A program made the position numbers and the translations under genes. From Candidatus Binatia bacterium (GTDB taxonomy: Bacteria; Desulfobacterota; Binatia; HRBIN30), in assembly GCA_038245295.1 (NCBI GenBank), contig JBBRSP010000011.1, positions 64,001-128,000 on the forward strand: a stretch of DNA of 64,000 nucleotides, given 5' to 3'. Positions 36,136-46,576 of this stretch are shown in pieces; the first letter of the stretch is position 1, and every line of letters begins with the position of its first letter. The notes beneath the pieces were generated by a model. That model had not been told where the DNA came from. It made no database searches and was given only the letters and a program-made list of their open reading frames with translations.

Positions 36136-37895
36136 CAGTGAAACTCCCGCTGTACGGATTGCCAGGGGCCGGCTTCGTAGTGGTTGAGAAGGAACCGCAG
36201 GCGCTGGCCGAGCACAGAGCGCAGGTCCGTGGGCATGACGATTTCGGAAATCGAACCCAGGCTAAGGGCTTCACGCGGGTTCATGAGCTCGCGCTCGTAC
36301 CGTTGATTGAACTCGACTTCCTGCGCTTTGAGCCAGTCGCTGGCTTCGCGCTCGGCTTCTGTCTTTGCCGCGCCCGGAGCCAGGCCGGCGGCGATACGCG
36401 CCGCCGTGCCGTCTTTCACCATGGAGGCGGCCTTGGCGCGCACCTGTTGGAGCTCTTTTTTGTATGTGTACTCTTTGCCCGCTGTTCCCATGACGGCAAC
36501 GCGTGTCGTCGGCAGCGCCAGAACCAAGTCAGCACCCGTGGCGTAAGAGTTGAAGGCTGCGTAGGCGCCACCGAAAGCGTTGCGTAGGATCAACAGGATG
36601 CGCGGTGTGCGCAGATCGATGATTGCATCCAACATGGCTCGGCCGGCTTGAACGATGCCTCGGCTCTCCTGGTCGCGGCCCGGTAAGAATCCGGTCGTAT
36701 CTTCCATGAAGATCACTGGGATGTTGTAGATGCTGCAGAAGCGTACGAAGCGGGCAATCTTGTAGGCGGCGTCGATGTCGATTTGACCGCTCGCTACCGC
36801 GCTGTTGTTCGCCACAAATCCGACGACGTGGCCACCCAATCGTCCGAAACAAGTGATGGCATTGCGAGCCCGATCCGGTTGAATCTCGAAGTAGTCCCCG
36901 TGATCACACACCTGCTGGATGATGATCGAGACATCGAACGGGGTATTGAACCCACTCGGTGAATTCAGAGCTTTCCGTAACATCGTATCGATCTCGGTCG
37001 TACGCCGCTCAATTGAGTCGGAAGTGTTTTGAAACGGCGGCGCAGCCTTATTGGAAGCCGGCAGATAGCTGAGGAGACGTTGCGCCGTGCGCAAGGCCGC
37101 GACTTCGTCGGCTACGGTGATGTCGGTCACACCACTCGCCCCGTGCACACTTGGACCGCCGAGTTCCTCGGGGGTGACATCCTCGCCCAGGACACTCTTC
37201 ACCACACCGGGGCCGGTGAGTCCAAAGAATGTTCCACTCGGCTGAATCATGAAGCTGCCTTGTCGAGGCAGATACGATCCACCACCGGCGTTAAAACCAA
37301 ACATGCACATGATGCTCGGCACCACACCGCTAATCTTGCGCAGCGCGGTGAATGCTTCGGCATACCCATCGAGGCCGCCGACACCAGCCGGAACAAATGC
37401 TCCGGCGCTATCGTTCATGCCGATCAGGGGAATTGCGCGGTCACCGGCCAGATAAATGAGGTTCGCCAACTTGCGACCATTGGTCGCATCCATTGAGCCG
37501 GCGCGAACCGCAAAGTCATGTCCGTAGAGGGCGACATCGCGGCCGCGAATCTGGACAATCGCCGTGACGATCGACGCGCCATCGAGATTGGGCCCCCAGT
37601 TCTGATACAGGATCGCCGGCTGGGTTCCCTGGTCCTGCAGGACATCGATGCGCTCCCACACCGTCATCCGATCTTTGGCGTGTTGCCTCAGGACTTGAAT
37701 CGCGCCAGCCGCTGCTTGCGGTTTCCGGCGTAGTTCCTGGCCCTGTGCCAGAGCGAGATCGTACGGACTTTGCGTTGCCGTACCGACAATCTCTGGGATT
37801 GCCAAAGGATTGCTGAGGGAGGGGATGGCGAATGCGCTCCGAGTCTCTTCCACGTTGGAGGCGCCGCGTCCCTTCGTACTGGCTTTTGCTGCCAT
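36135..37895 (-). CDS. Acyl-CoA carboxylase carboxyltransferase subunit
   Basis: [47 protein letters not shown] translational coupling to the BC-BCCP gene. Confidence 0.92.
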   Translation of the reverse strand: MAAKASTKGRGASNVEETRSAFAIPSLSNPLAIPEIVGTATQSPYDLALAQGQELRRKPQAAAGAIQVLRQHAKDRMTVWERIDVLQDQGTQPAILYQNWGPNLDGASIVTAIVQIRGRDVALYGHDFAVRAGSMDATNGRKLANLIYLAGDRAIPLIGMNDSAGAFVPAGVGGLDGYAEAFTALRKISGVVPSIMCMFGFNAGGGSYLPRQGSFMIQPSGTFFGLTGPGVVKSVLGEDVTPEELGGPSVHGASGVTDITVADEVAALRTAQRLLSYLPASNKAAPPFQNTSDSIERRTTEIDTMLRKALNSPSGFNTPFDVSIIIQQVCDHGDYFEIQPDRARNAITCFGRLGGHVVGFVANNSAVASGQIDIDAAYKIARFVRFCSIYNIPVIFMEDTTGFLPGRDQESRGIVQAGRAMLDAIIDLRTPRILLILRNAFGGAYAAFNSYATGADLVLALPTTRVAVMGTAGKEYTYKKELQQVRAKAASMVKDGTAARIAAGLAPGAAKTEAEREASDWLKAQEVEFNQRYERELMNPREALSLGSISEIVMPTDLRSVLGQRLRFLLNHYEAGPWQSVQREFH

Positions 37896-38128
37896 TCTGA
37901 GTGGCCCTTCTGCTACCGTTGCTATGGTTCGCTGTCGCTAGACGACCGGCGTTTCTAACAGGTTACTCGCCCGCGACAAGGGTGGGGCTCGCTTGGTACC
38001 GGGCCGCTTCACCGTCGAGTAGACAAATGGTAAATCGACCACGGAGTCAAGTTCCCCGAAAGGGGCAGAAACTGGGTTTCGAGAGAGGCATGACCTGGGG
38101 TATGAATCCGCGACACTCGGGAGGATCT

Positions 38129-38536
38129 ATGTTCGACAGGGAAATTACATGGGCAAGCGTCATTCTGGCTGCCGTCGTTCTGCTGAGCGCTGCGTCATCC
38201 CGTGCCTGGGCCTGGGACGTGGCCTCGATCGCGCAGCGCGATACGATCCGCCTGCAAACCGATTGCCCCGGCGAGGGCCCGTACACCTTTCCCGTGTGGG
38301 TGGTCGCGGTAGACGGACACGTGTTCGTGCGTCTTGGGTCCCGGGCTGCGGATCGTGTCGAGTGTGCGGGACATTCGACCGTGGGTGTCGAGATCGGTAC
38401 CCAGCACTACGATGTCCGCTGGTACGCCGCGCCCGAACTGGTGTCGCGGGTGGATGCCGCCATGGCGGCCAAGTACCCAAGCGATCTGCTGATCCGGTGG
38501 TTTCCCCATCGCCTCGTTGCTCGCCTCGATCCTTAG
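38129..38536 (+). CDS. Small exported protein, DUF2255/pyridoxamine-oxidase-like split barrel
   Basis: GGAGG SD, signal ending AWA, PVWVVAVDGHVFVR.G and VDAAMAAKY motifs. Confidence 0.55.
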   Translation: MFDREITWASVILAAVVLLSAASSRAWAWDVASIAQRDTIRLQTDCPGEGPYTFPVWVVAVDGHVFVRLGSRAADRVECAGHSTVGVEIGTQHYDVRWYAAPELVSRVDAAMAAKYPSDLLIRWFPHRLVARLDP

Positions 38537-38563
38537 ACCCGGTTCCTTGCCGCCATCCATGTC

Positions 38564-39019
38564 TTATTTCATGGGATCAGGCGGAACGTCGATGAAGTCG
38601 ACGCCTTGACCGGCGGCGATGCGGTGTTTGGCAGCATAACCAGCGTGAACCTCAAGCACGTAGCGGGATGGGAGCCCGACGCTCCGCGGGGCCAGTGTGA
38701 ATGGTTGTGCATCATTGATGATCCCGACAATCTGGCGGCTGCTGTTGATGAAAATCATGTCGAGAGCCGTCGGCGTGTTTTTCATCCAAAAGGACTGCTC
38801 ACTTTCCTTGGGAAACAGGAAGAGCATTCCGGCGTCGGCACCGAGGTTCGTCCGATACATCAACCCTTGCATCCGCATCTCGGGTGAGTCGGCGATCTCA
38901 ACGACGACAGGAACCTCGCCTTGCGGTGTGTGGATACTTACCTTGGGCTTCGCTTCGCAAGCAGCCAATAACGTCACCAGTGCCAACGCCGCGAAAAAAT
39001 TCGCATTACTCCTGTGCAC
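38564..39019 (-). CDS. DUF192 family lipoprotein
   Basis: LAAC lipobox; VEIAD....QGLMYR....GMLF.F.....FWMKNT...LDMIF, YVLEV; GTG start inferred. Confidence 0.9.
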   Translation of the reverse strand: MHRSNANFFAALALVTLLAACEAKPKVSIHTPQGEVPVVVEIADSPEMRMQGLMYRTNLGADAGMLFLFPKESEQSFWMKNTPTALDMIFINSSRQIVGIINDAQPFTLAPRSVGLPSRYVLEVHAGYAAKHRIAAGQGVDFIDVPPDPMK

Positions 39020-39107
39020 TCGGGCGACGCTACCTTGCAATGAAAATGCCTTTCTCGTAGGACTCGTCGTAGTCGCTACCCGCGCATAATCCGGAGGTTG
39101 ATAGCCA

Positions 39108-41201
39108 ATGTCGTGGAGTCCGTTCATCTTCGCAGCTCTCATTGCCGGTGCCTTGGGCTATCTGGCGAAAACTCTTTACGGCCGAGTGCAGGTTCTGCTC
39201 AAGGTCCAAAAGGTTGATCGCTTCGATAACATTCCGGAGCGCATCAAAGCAGTCCTCGTTTACGCTTTTGGTCAGAAAAAGTTCGTCCAACAACAGCCCC
39301 GGCCGAATACGCGCATCAGCGAGCAGGCTGCCGGGTGGCTGCATTTCTTCGTATTTTGGGGTTTTGTCATCCTCGGCGAACAAGTGATTACCATGTTCGG
39401 TCGCGGTTTCTTCCCCAACTTCCAGGTTCCGCTCATGGGGGCGAGCCAACTGGGTGGGCCCTATTTCTTCTTGAAAGACATGATGGAGGTCGTGGTCTTC
39501 GTCTGTGTCATCATCCTGCTGTATCGCTGGTTGGTCACTCACCCGGCCCGTCTCTACGGATACAAGCCCGCTGAGAATCGTCTCGCCGGCCAATCGCACG
39601 GCGAAGCCTATCTGATCCTGTGCTTAATCGGCTGCATCATGATCGGCGGGAAGCTCTACGATGCCGGGCGTATGGTCTTCTTGGCGAACGATCCGGAAGT
39701 TCAGGCCGAGATGTGGTGGCAGCCGGTCGGCCACTTCGTGGTTGCGCCAATGCTCAACGCCATCGGCGGCGCCAGCTTCGCGAAACTGGCCAGCGACTTC
39801 GGCTGGTGGCTGCATAACTGCGTCATTCTCGCTTTCGTCAACCTCCTTCCATTATCGAAGCACTTCCACATCATCACGTCACTGCCGAACGTGTTCTTCG
39901 TTAAGACCGAGCCGAAGGGCGCCCTCAGCAAGCAGGATCTCGAGAACGCGACGACGTTCGGCACGTCCCACATCAATCAATTCACCTGGAAGCAGGTTCT
40001 CGACATGTACTCATGCACCGAGTGCGGTCGCTGTTCGTCGCATTGTCCGGCAACGCATAGTGGCAAGGAGCTCGCACCACGTCAGCTGCTCCTCAATCTG
40101 CGCGACTACCTTTACGAACACGAGAAAGAGGCTGCCAACGTTCCGATCCCAGCGGCCGGGCCGGGCGAAGCCGCCGCCGAGGCGGTGAACGTCGGCGAAA
40201 ACATTGTCGGCGAGCGGCTCATCCATGATGAGGTCTTGTGGGCCTGCACGAGCTGCCGAGCTTGCGAAGAAGCCTGTCCGGTCATGATCGAGTACGTCGA
40301 CAAGATCGTCGATATGCGCCGCCACCTGGTTCAGGAGGAAGCACGTTTTCCTGCCGAGCTGACCCGTACCTTCAAGAACATGGAGACGCAGAGCAATCCA
40401 TGGGGTGTCGATGCGATGACCCGCGACGCATGGGCCGAAGGGCTTGATATTCCCATGTTCGCGGACAAGCCGGACGCCGAATTTCTCTACTACGTCGGCT
40501 GCGCCGGCGCGTTTGATGACCGCGCCAAAAAGACCACGCAGGCCGTTGCCAAGGTTCTGAAGAAGGCGGGTGTCGACTTTGCCATTCTGGGCAAAGAAGA
40601 GATGTGCAACGGCGAAACGGCCCGTCGCATCGGCAATGAGTACTTGTTCCAGACCATGGCGACGATGTGTGTTGAGACGATCAACAACTACAACGTCAAA
40701 AAGATCATCACCAACTGTCCACACTGCTTCAACACTTTGAAGAATGAGTTCCCGCAGTTTGGCGGTAACTACGAAGTTCAACACGCGGTAGACTTCGTGC
40801 GCCAGCTGATCGGTGAGGGGAAGGTGGAGTTCAACGTCAACGGCGCCCAGACGGTGACCTACCACGACTCGTGTTACCTCGGTCGGTACAATGAGGTTTA
40901 CGAAACACCGCGCGAGATTCTCGGACTCATCCCGGGGGTGACTCTGAAGGAACCCGAGCGCAACAAGAAATTCGGGATGTGTTGCGGCGCCGGCGGCGGC
41001 CGCATGTGGATGGAGGAAGAACCTGACAAGCGCGTCAACATCAAGCGCGTTGAACAACTGCTCGAAACCGAGCCGAATACGGTCGCGGTGGCTTGCCCGT
41101 TCTGCATGACGATGATCGACGACGGCATCAAGGCCAAGGGAATGGAAGAGAAAGTCCAAGCCCTCGACGTCATGGAGATGGTGGCGAGCAACATGAAGTA
41201 G
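39108..41201 (+). CDS. fadF: Membrane Fe-S oxidoreductase, FadF/ETF:(mena)quinone oxidoreductase-like (heme b domain, 2x4Fe-4S, 2 CCG domains)
   Basis: TM region with LHFFVFWGF, WWLH, SKHFH; CTECGRCSSHCP and CTSCRACEEACP; YHDSCYLGRYN, CCGAGGG, CPFC. Confidence 0.88.
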   Translation: MSWSPFIFAALIAGALGYLAKTLYGRVQVLLKVQKVDRFDNIPERIKAVLVYAFGQKKFVQQQPRPNTRISEQAAGWLHFFVFWGFVILGEQVITMFGRGFFPNFQVPLMGASQLGGPYFFLKDMMEVVVFVCVIILLYRWLVTHPARLYGYKPAENRLAGQSHGEAYLILCLIGCIMIGGKLYDAGRMVFLANDPEVQAEMWWQPVGHFVVAPMLNAIGGASFAKLASDFGWWLHNCVILAFVNLLPLSKHFHIITSLPNVFFVKTEPKGALSKQDLENATTFGTSHINQFTWKQVLDMYSCTECGRCSSHCPATHSGKELAPRQLLLNLRDYLYEHEKEAANVPIPAAGPGEAAAEAVNVGENIVGERLIHDEVLWACTSCRACEEACPVMIEYVDKIVDMRRHLVQEEARFPAELTRTFKNMETQSNPWGVDAMTRDAWAEGLDIPMFADKPDAEFLYYVGCAGAFDDRAKKTTQAVAKVLKKAGVDFAILGKEEMCNGETARRIGNEYLFQTMATMCVETINNYNVKKIITNCPHCFNTLKNEFPQFGGNYEVQHAVDFVRQLIGEGKVEFNVNGAQTVTYHDSCYLGRYNEVYETPREILGLIPGVTLKEPERNKKFGMCCGAGGGRMWMEEEPDKRVNIKRVEQLLETEPNTVAVACPFCMTMIDDGIKAKGMEEKVQALDVMEMVASNMK

Positions 41202-41232
41202 CACCCGGCGCTGCGCGAGCGCTACTGAAACG

Positions 41233-41266
41233 GAAAAAGGGCAGCCGGTGACGGCTGCCCTTTTTC
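41233..41266. terminator. Bidirectional rho-independent terminator
   Basis: GAAAAAGGGCAGCCG-GTGA-CGGCTGCCCTTTTTC between the convergent fadF and etfA. Confidence 0.92.
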
Positions 41267-41288
41267 ATTTGGAGTGTTCGACGCGTTG

Positions 41289-42254
41289 CTACTTGAGCTT
41301 CTTCACTTCTTCAGTCATTTCCGGCACGGCCTTGAACAAGTCGGCGACCAGGCCGTAATCGGCAACCTGGAAGATCGGCGCCTCGGCATCTTTGTTGATG
41401 GCGACGATGATCTTCGAGTCCTTCATGCCGGCCAAGTGCTGGATCGCACCTGAAATGCCGACCGCAATATAAAGCGCTGGTGCTACGACCTTACCGGTCT
41501 GACCAACCTGCAGGTCGTTGGGAACGAAACCCGCGTCGACAGCCGCGCGGCTGGCGCCCATGGCGGCGCCGAGCGCATCGACCAGAGGCTCGAGAACCGT
41601 CTTGAAGTTCTCGCCCGACTTCAGGGCCCGACCACCGGAGACGATGATGCTGGCCTCGGTGAGGACCGGACGATCCGATTTGACTTCGTTGAAGCTAACG
41701 AACTTGGTCTTCTTGGAGTCGGCGTCGATACCCGCAGCGACCTTCTCGACCGCACCCTTGCTACCGCCCTTGGCCGCTGGATCGAAGGCCGTCGTGCGGA
41801 CGCTTACCACCTTCTGAGCGCTGGTAATGCTCACTGTCGCAATGGCATTGCCGGCATACATCGGCCGCTCCAGGCTGCCGTCGGCATTGAATGCCATGAC
41901 ATCACTCGCCATGCCGGCGCCGAGAAGGGCGGCGACGCGCGGGAGAAGATCCTTGCCCACTGCCGTGGCGGCAGCGACGAGTGTCGCGGCTCCCTTTTCG
42001 TTCACCACCTGAGCCAACGCGGCCGCGTGTGCGTCGGCCGTGTAATTGGCGAGGGCGGCATCGTCGACGACGTAGACCTTGACGCCGTATTCGGCGACTT
42101 CGTTCGCGACGGCATCGACGCCACTACCGAGGACGACGGCCTGGCACTCGCCGCCACTCTTCGCCGCTGCGTCTTTGCCCGCCGCGATCGCTACCTGCGT
42201 TGTCTTGAGAACCTTCTGAGCGTGATGCTCTGCAAAAACGAGTACGTTTCCCAT
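41289..42254 (-). CDS. etfA: Electron transfer flavoprotein alpha subunit
   Basis: [50 protein letters not shown]. Confidence 0.97.
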   Translation of the reverse strand: MGNVLVFAEHHAQKVLKTTQVAIAAGKDAAAKSGGECQAVVLGSGVDAVANEVAEYGVKVYVVDDAALANYTADAHAAALAQVVNEKGAATLVAAATAVGKDLLPRVAALLGAGMASDVMAFNADGSLERPMYAGNAIATVSITSAQKVVSVRTTAFDPAAKGGSKGAVEKVAAGIDADSKKTKFVSFNEVKSDRPVLTEASIIVSGGRALKSGENFKTVLEPLVDALGAAMGASRAAVDAGFVPNDLQVGQTGKVVAPALYIAVGISGAIQHLAGMKDSKIIVAINKDAEAPIFQVADYGLVADLFKAVPEMTEEVKKLK

Positions 42255-42266
42255 GGTTCAACTCCA

Positions 42267-43061
42267 CTAGATGGCTTTGGCTTCGTTGTGCAGAACCTGC
42301 ACGAGCTCTTGCACCGACTCGACCGTGCGGCCCGCTTGACGCTTGGGCGGCGGGCTCAATTTGAGAATTTTGGTCTGCGGGGCGATATCAACCCCGAGGC
42401 TGTCTGCGGCGATTTCCTTCAGTTCCTTCTTACGCGCCTTCATGATGCCGGGGAGCGAAGCGTAGCGCGGTGTATTCAAGCGGAGATCCACCGTGATGAC
42501 CGCCGGCAGGGGGCACTCGAGGGTCTCCAGGCCGCCATCGACCTCGCGCATAACTTTGGCCGTGCCGCCGGAGAGTTGAATGCCCGGTTGGCTGTTCTTT
42601 TCGGCTTCCGAGTCGAGGCTTTCCGCCTTCGAGGCGAACGTCGCCTGCGGCCAACCAAGGAGAGCTGCCAGCATCTGGCCAGTCTGATTGCTGTCGTCGT
42701 CGATCGCCTGTTTGCCCATCAAGACTAGGTCAGCCTTTTCATCGGTGGCCAGCTTGTGGAAGATTCGCGCCACCCCGAGTGAGTCGAGATCGGCCGGAGC
42801 GAGCACCAGGATTGCCCGGTCCGCACCCATCGCCAACCCAGTACGCAACTGCTCAGAGGCGACTTTGTCGCCGACGCTGACCAGTACAACCTCCGCACCG
42901 CCACCTTTTTCCTTGATGCGCAACGCTTCTTCGACGGCGATTTCGTCGAATGGGTTGACGACGTACTTCAGGTTGGTCGTATCGATGCCCGTGCCGTCAG
43001 GTTTCACCTTGATCGCGGCATTGGGGTCCGGCACACGCTTCACCGTGACGAGAATCTTCAC
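42267..43061 (-). CDS. etfB: Electron transfer flavoprotein beta subunit
   Basis: KILVTVKRVPD, NPFDEIAVEEA, GKQAIDDD, LNTPRYASLPGIMKA; GAGGAG SD before GTG 43061. Confidence 0.97.
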   Translation of the reverse strand: MKILVTVKRVPDPNAAIKVKPDGTGIDTTNLKYVVNPFDEIAVEEALRIKEKGGGAEVVLVSVGDKVASEQLRTGLAMGADRAILVLAPADLDSLGVARIFHKLATDEKADLVLMGKQAIDDDSNQTGQMLAALLGWPQATFASKAESLDSEAEKNSQPGIQLSGGTAKVMREVDGGLETLECPLPAVITVDLRLNTPRYASLPGIMKARKKELKEIAADSLGVDIAPQTKILKLSPPPKRQAGRTVESVQELVQVLHNEAKAI

Positions 43062-43223
43062 AGGAGCCTCCTCTTGAATTTGGGGGAATCTCAGGACGTC
43101 GGCGTAGCTAACATAGGGGTATTGACCACTCAAGATAGCGCCGAACCAGAAGCTCTTATCGATCCATTAAGCGGTGTACGAAGCCTGTCCCCCGAGGTGG
43201 GACAACACACGGCGTAGCCGGTT

Positions 43224-44003
43224 CTACTCTGGCGTCTCGAAGCCGAGCCGGGCGGAGAGATCGCGGCCAGCCTTGAGCATGACGGGAACCAGTTCCTTCT
43301 CGATTCGCTCCTGGGATAGGCGGTAACTTGGCCCGGCGATCGCCAGGCTGGCGACCATGGTCCGCGTGTAGTCGCGAATTGGCACGGCGATCGAGCGTAC
43401 GTCCTCGACATGCTCGCCAATTTCAACCGCGTATCCGTTCTCGGCGATCTTCACGAGGTGTGCGTCGAGCGCGCCTCGGTCGATAATCGTCTTCTCCGAA
43501 AACTTTTGGAGGATGTCGGGCAGCGCGTCACGTAGTTCGGCCTCACCACAGGCCAAGTGCAGCTTACCGACTGCCGTGGCATGGAGCGGCAGGGGATCGC
43601 CAACCTGCGCCACGAGCCGCACCGACTGCTCAGGTTCACATGCTTCGAGCGGAACGATGGATCGGTTGCGCAACACAGCCAGCAACGCCGTTTCACGGGT
43701 CGCTTGCGCAACCTCACGCATGACCGTGCGAGCCTGGCGCAGCAAGCCGAGCTGGTTGACGAAACGTTCCCCGAGGCGCAGGCAGCGCACGCCCAGGCGA
43801 TAGTTTTCGGTCGATTTGTTTTGTTCGATGTAGCCGCGTGCTTCCAGCGTGGCCAGGAGTCGGAATACGTTGTTCTTGTGCAACTTGAGGCGCTTGCTGA
43901 GGTCGGTCACCCCCAACTCATCGTCGCCGCGAAACTGCTCGAGGACGTCAAGCGCGTGCGAGACGGCAAGTATCGTGTAGTTGCTCTTTTCGCGCCGAAC
44001 CAT
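43224..44003 (-). CDS. IclR family transcriptional regulator
   Basis: AVSHALDVLEQF...LGVTDLSKRLKLHKNNVFRLLATLE HTH; PLHATAVGK; IAVPIRD. Confidence 0.93.
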   Translation of the reverse strand: MVRREKSNYTILAVSHALDVLEQFRGDDELGVTDLSKRLKLHKNNVFRLLATLEARGYIEQNKSTENYRLGVRCLRLGERFVNQLGLLRQARTVMREVAQATRETALLAVLRNRSIVPLEACEPEQSVRLVAQVGDPLPLHATAVGKLHLACGEAELRDALPDILQKFSEKTIIDRGALDAHLVKIAENGYAVEIGEHVEDVRSIAVPIRDYTRTMVASLAIAGPSYRLSQERIEKELVPVMLKAGRDLSARLGFETPE

Positions 44004-44123
44004 TGCGTCCTCCCGCCAGCCTGAGAGACCGTTTTACTAGATGAGTTATTGGATGGATGCAATTCGCATCGTAATTCGGGTCTGTGATCCGCGGTGCCGT
44101 CGCCGTCGCCATGGCGTCGTCAC

Positions 44124-44152
44124 TTGAAATGGTTGGCCGCCGTTCCTATACC
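44124..44152 (+). promoter_or_regulatory. Candidate sigma70 promoter
   Basis: TTGAAA-17 bp-TATACC about 30 bp upstream of the 44184 start. Confidence 0.4.
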
Positions 44153-44183
44153 GGCCGCGACCCTTCATGTCGGGAGGTAAACC

Positions 44184-44924
44184 ATGGAAATCTCAGCAGG
44201 AACGGTTGGTATCAAGAGACCGGACGGCACCATGACCGGGTGGCTGGCCCGGCCTCAGGGTGACGGTTCCCACGCCGCGATCATCGTCGTCATGGAGGCC
44301 TTTGGGCTCAACCCACACATCAAGGATGTTACCGAACGATTAGCCAAACAGGGCTACGTCGTCTTGGCGCCGGACGTTTACTATCGCGAAACAAACGGCG
44401 TCGCTGGTTACGACCAGCTTCCCGACGCGCTGCGCCTGATGAGTTCGCTCTATGATGCAAAGGTCCTCGACGACATGGCCGCAGCCGTCGCGTTCCTGCA
44501 AGCCCAGCCGTCAGTTCGTCCCGACCGCATCGGCATGACCGGCTTCTGTATGGGAGGGCGCATCACGTTTCTCACCGCCAGCACCAACCCGGCAATCAAA
44601 GCAGCCGCGCCGTTTTATGGCGGCGGGATCAGCACGGTGATGCAAGGCGACGAACATACCCCTAAGCCGCCACTCGCGTATGCCGACTCGCTGCAAGCGC
44701 CAATGATCCTGTTCTTCGGCGAAAACGACCCCTTTATCCCGCTAGATCACGTGGCCGCCATCAAAAATCGTCTGGCCGATCTTGGCAAAGAGGCCGAGAC
44801 CATCGTCTATCCGGAAGCCCCGCATGGGTTCTTCTGCGAGGAGCGCGATTCCTATCGCCCCGAGGCGGCCGCCGACGCCTGGCAACGCTTGTTGACGTTT
44901 TTTGCCAAACATCTCAATCACTAG
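44184..44924 (+). CDS. Dienelactone hydrolase / carboxymethylenebutenolidase family
   Basis: EAFGLN, GFCMGG, FGENDPFI, APHGFFC catalytic triad motifs. Confidence 0.92.
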   Translation: MEISAGTVGIKRPDGTMTGWLARPQGDGSHAAIIVVMEAFGLNPHIKDVTERLAKQGYVVLAPDVYYRETNGVAGYDQLPDALRLMSSLYDAKVLDDMAAAVAFLQAQPSVRPDRIGMTGFCMGGRITFLTASTNPAIKAAAPFYGGGISTVMQGDEHTPKPPLAYADSLQAPMILFFGENDPFIPLDHVAAIKNRLADLGKEAETIVYPEAPHGFFCEERDSYRPEAAADAWQRLLTFFAKHLNH

Positions 44925-45650
44925 ATGCAACCTGTCGCGATTCGCCAACCCGCCGTTGCGGCGCCCATCGTGCTGACCTGCGAGCACGCATCGTGCGCGA
45001 TTCCTCTCGAGTATGATGCCCTCGGCCTCGGCCACGACGAGATCGCGGACCATATTGGCTGGGATATCGGCGCTGCGGATTTGACGGCCACACTGGCGGC
45101 GAGCCTCGATGCCGCCGCCGTTTTCTCCAGCGTCTCGCGGCTCCTGATTGATTGTAACCGATCGCTCCTTGACCACGATCTCATCGTCGAGCACACCCAT
45201 GGCGTCCATGTCCCAGGGAATCAAAGGCTCGACGCCGACGAGCGGGCACGTCGGCTGCGCGACTACTACGATCCCTACCACGTGGCGATCGACGCACTGC
45301 TGCAGCGCCACGGCGCGGCGAATTTGTTGAGCGTCCACAGCTTCACGCCTGAATTGAACGGCCGCGAACGGCGCTTCGATGTCGGCGTTCTGTACGATGA
45401 ATACGAACGGGATGCCCGTCACGTCGGGGAGCACATCGCCGAAAGTGGCCTGCGGGTGCGCTACAACCAGCCCTATTCGGGCCTCGACGGTCTGATCTAC
45501 AGCGCCCGGACGCACGGTGCGAATCACGCTCGGCGTTACATCGAGCTGGAAGTAAACAACGTGCTGCTGCGCGATACGGCAAGCATTAACCGGATCGCGG
45601 CGATTGTCCTGCCGGCGGTACGTTCTTGGATGGAGGCGTCATGCGGCTGA
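44925..45650 (+). CDS. N-formylglutamate amidohydrolase family protein
   Basis: CEHAS, HIGWDIGA, SRLLIDCNR, PYH, SVHSFTP, NQPY, ELEV. Confidence 0.9.
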   Translation: MQPVAIRQPAVAAPIVLTCEHASCAIPLEYDALGLGHDEIADHIGWDIGAADLTATLAASLDAAAVFSSVSRLLIDCNRSLLDHDLIVEHTHGVHVPGNQRLDADERARRLRDYYDPYHVAIDALLQRHGAANLLSVHSFTPELNGRERRFDVGVLYDEYERDARHVGEHIAESGLRVRYNQPYSGLDGLIYSARTHGANHARRYIELEVNNVLLRDTASINRIAAIVLPAVRSWMEASCG

Positions 45651-46546
45651 TACTGATCGGGCAGGCGGCATTTGCCGAACAGGTTCTGGATCGTTTGCGC
45701 GATAAGGGTCACGAGATTGCCGCGGTTTACTGCCCACCCGATGGCACGGGCAAGCCGGATCCGGTGAAGGTGCGAGCCCAGGCCCTCGGAATTCCGGTGC
45801 ACCAGCATGCGTCGCTGAAGAAGCCCGAGGTGCAACAGGAGTTCGTTGACCTGAACGCGGATCTTGCCGTCCTCGCCTATGTCACGCAAATCGTGCCGCA
45901 GGCCGTCTTCGAAGTGCCGCGACTCGGCAGCATCTGTTTCCACCCGTCGCTGCTGCCGAAGTATCGCGGCGGCAGTGCCATTCCGTGGCAGATCATCAAG
46001 GGGGAAACGGAGACCGGCGTCAGTGTGTTCTGGGTCGACCCTGGTATCGATACCGGTCCGCTGCTCGTGCAGAAGACCGCGACGATTGGCCCAGAGGACA
46101 ACGCCGCCACGCTCTATTTTAACAAGTTGTTCCCGATCGGCGTCGACGCCGTGGTCGAATCGGTCGAACTGATCGCCCATAGCAAGGCCCCACGTCTGGT
46201 TCAGGATGAATCGAAAGCCACCTACGATCCGCTATGCCGCGACGAACACGCGGCGATCGATTGGTCGTGCCCGGTGGAGGACGTTTACAACCGGATCCGT
46301 GGCTGCGATCCGAATCCAGGCGCCTTCACGACAATCAATGGTGCCAAAGTCCGTCTATTCGATGCAAAGCTGGTCGAAGGCCGGTTCCGAGTCGGTGTGA
46401 TCGAGGATATTTCTGCCGATGGTTTGCTGATCGGCGCCACCGGAGGCGCGGTGCGTATCAAGCGTGTCCGCGGTGAGGGTGCGAAGCTGAGCGCCCTCGA
46501 CTTCAGCGCACAGACGGGGCTGGGCGCCGGTACGAAGCTAGGGTAG
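45641..46546 (+). CDS. Formyltransferase family protein (Fmt-like; resembles the 10-formyl-THF dehydrogenase N-terminal hydrolase domain)
   Basis: IGQ..F, FHPSLLPKYRGGSAI.W, FWVD.GIDTG, TLYFNKLFP.G, KAPRL.Q.E..ATY, IRGCDP.PGA. Confidence 0.85.
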   Translation: MRLILIGQAAFAEQVLDRLRDKGHEIAAVYCPPDGTGKPDPVKVRAQALGIPVHQHASLKKPEVQQEFVDLNADLAVLAYVTQIVPQAVFEVPRLGSICFHPSLLPKYRGGSAIPWQIIKGETETGVSVFWVDPGIDTGPLLVQKTATIGPEDNAATLYFNKLFPIGVDAVVESVELIAHSKAPRLVQDESKATYDPLCRDEHAAIDWSCPVEDVYNRIRGCDPNPGAFTTINGAKVRLFDAKLVEGRFRVGVIEDISADGLLIGATGGAVRIKRVRGEGAKLSALDFSAQTGLGAGTKLG

Positions 46547-46576
46547 GCCCTTCCACCTGGGTGGTGGCCCGCTACC

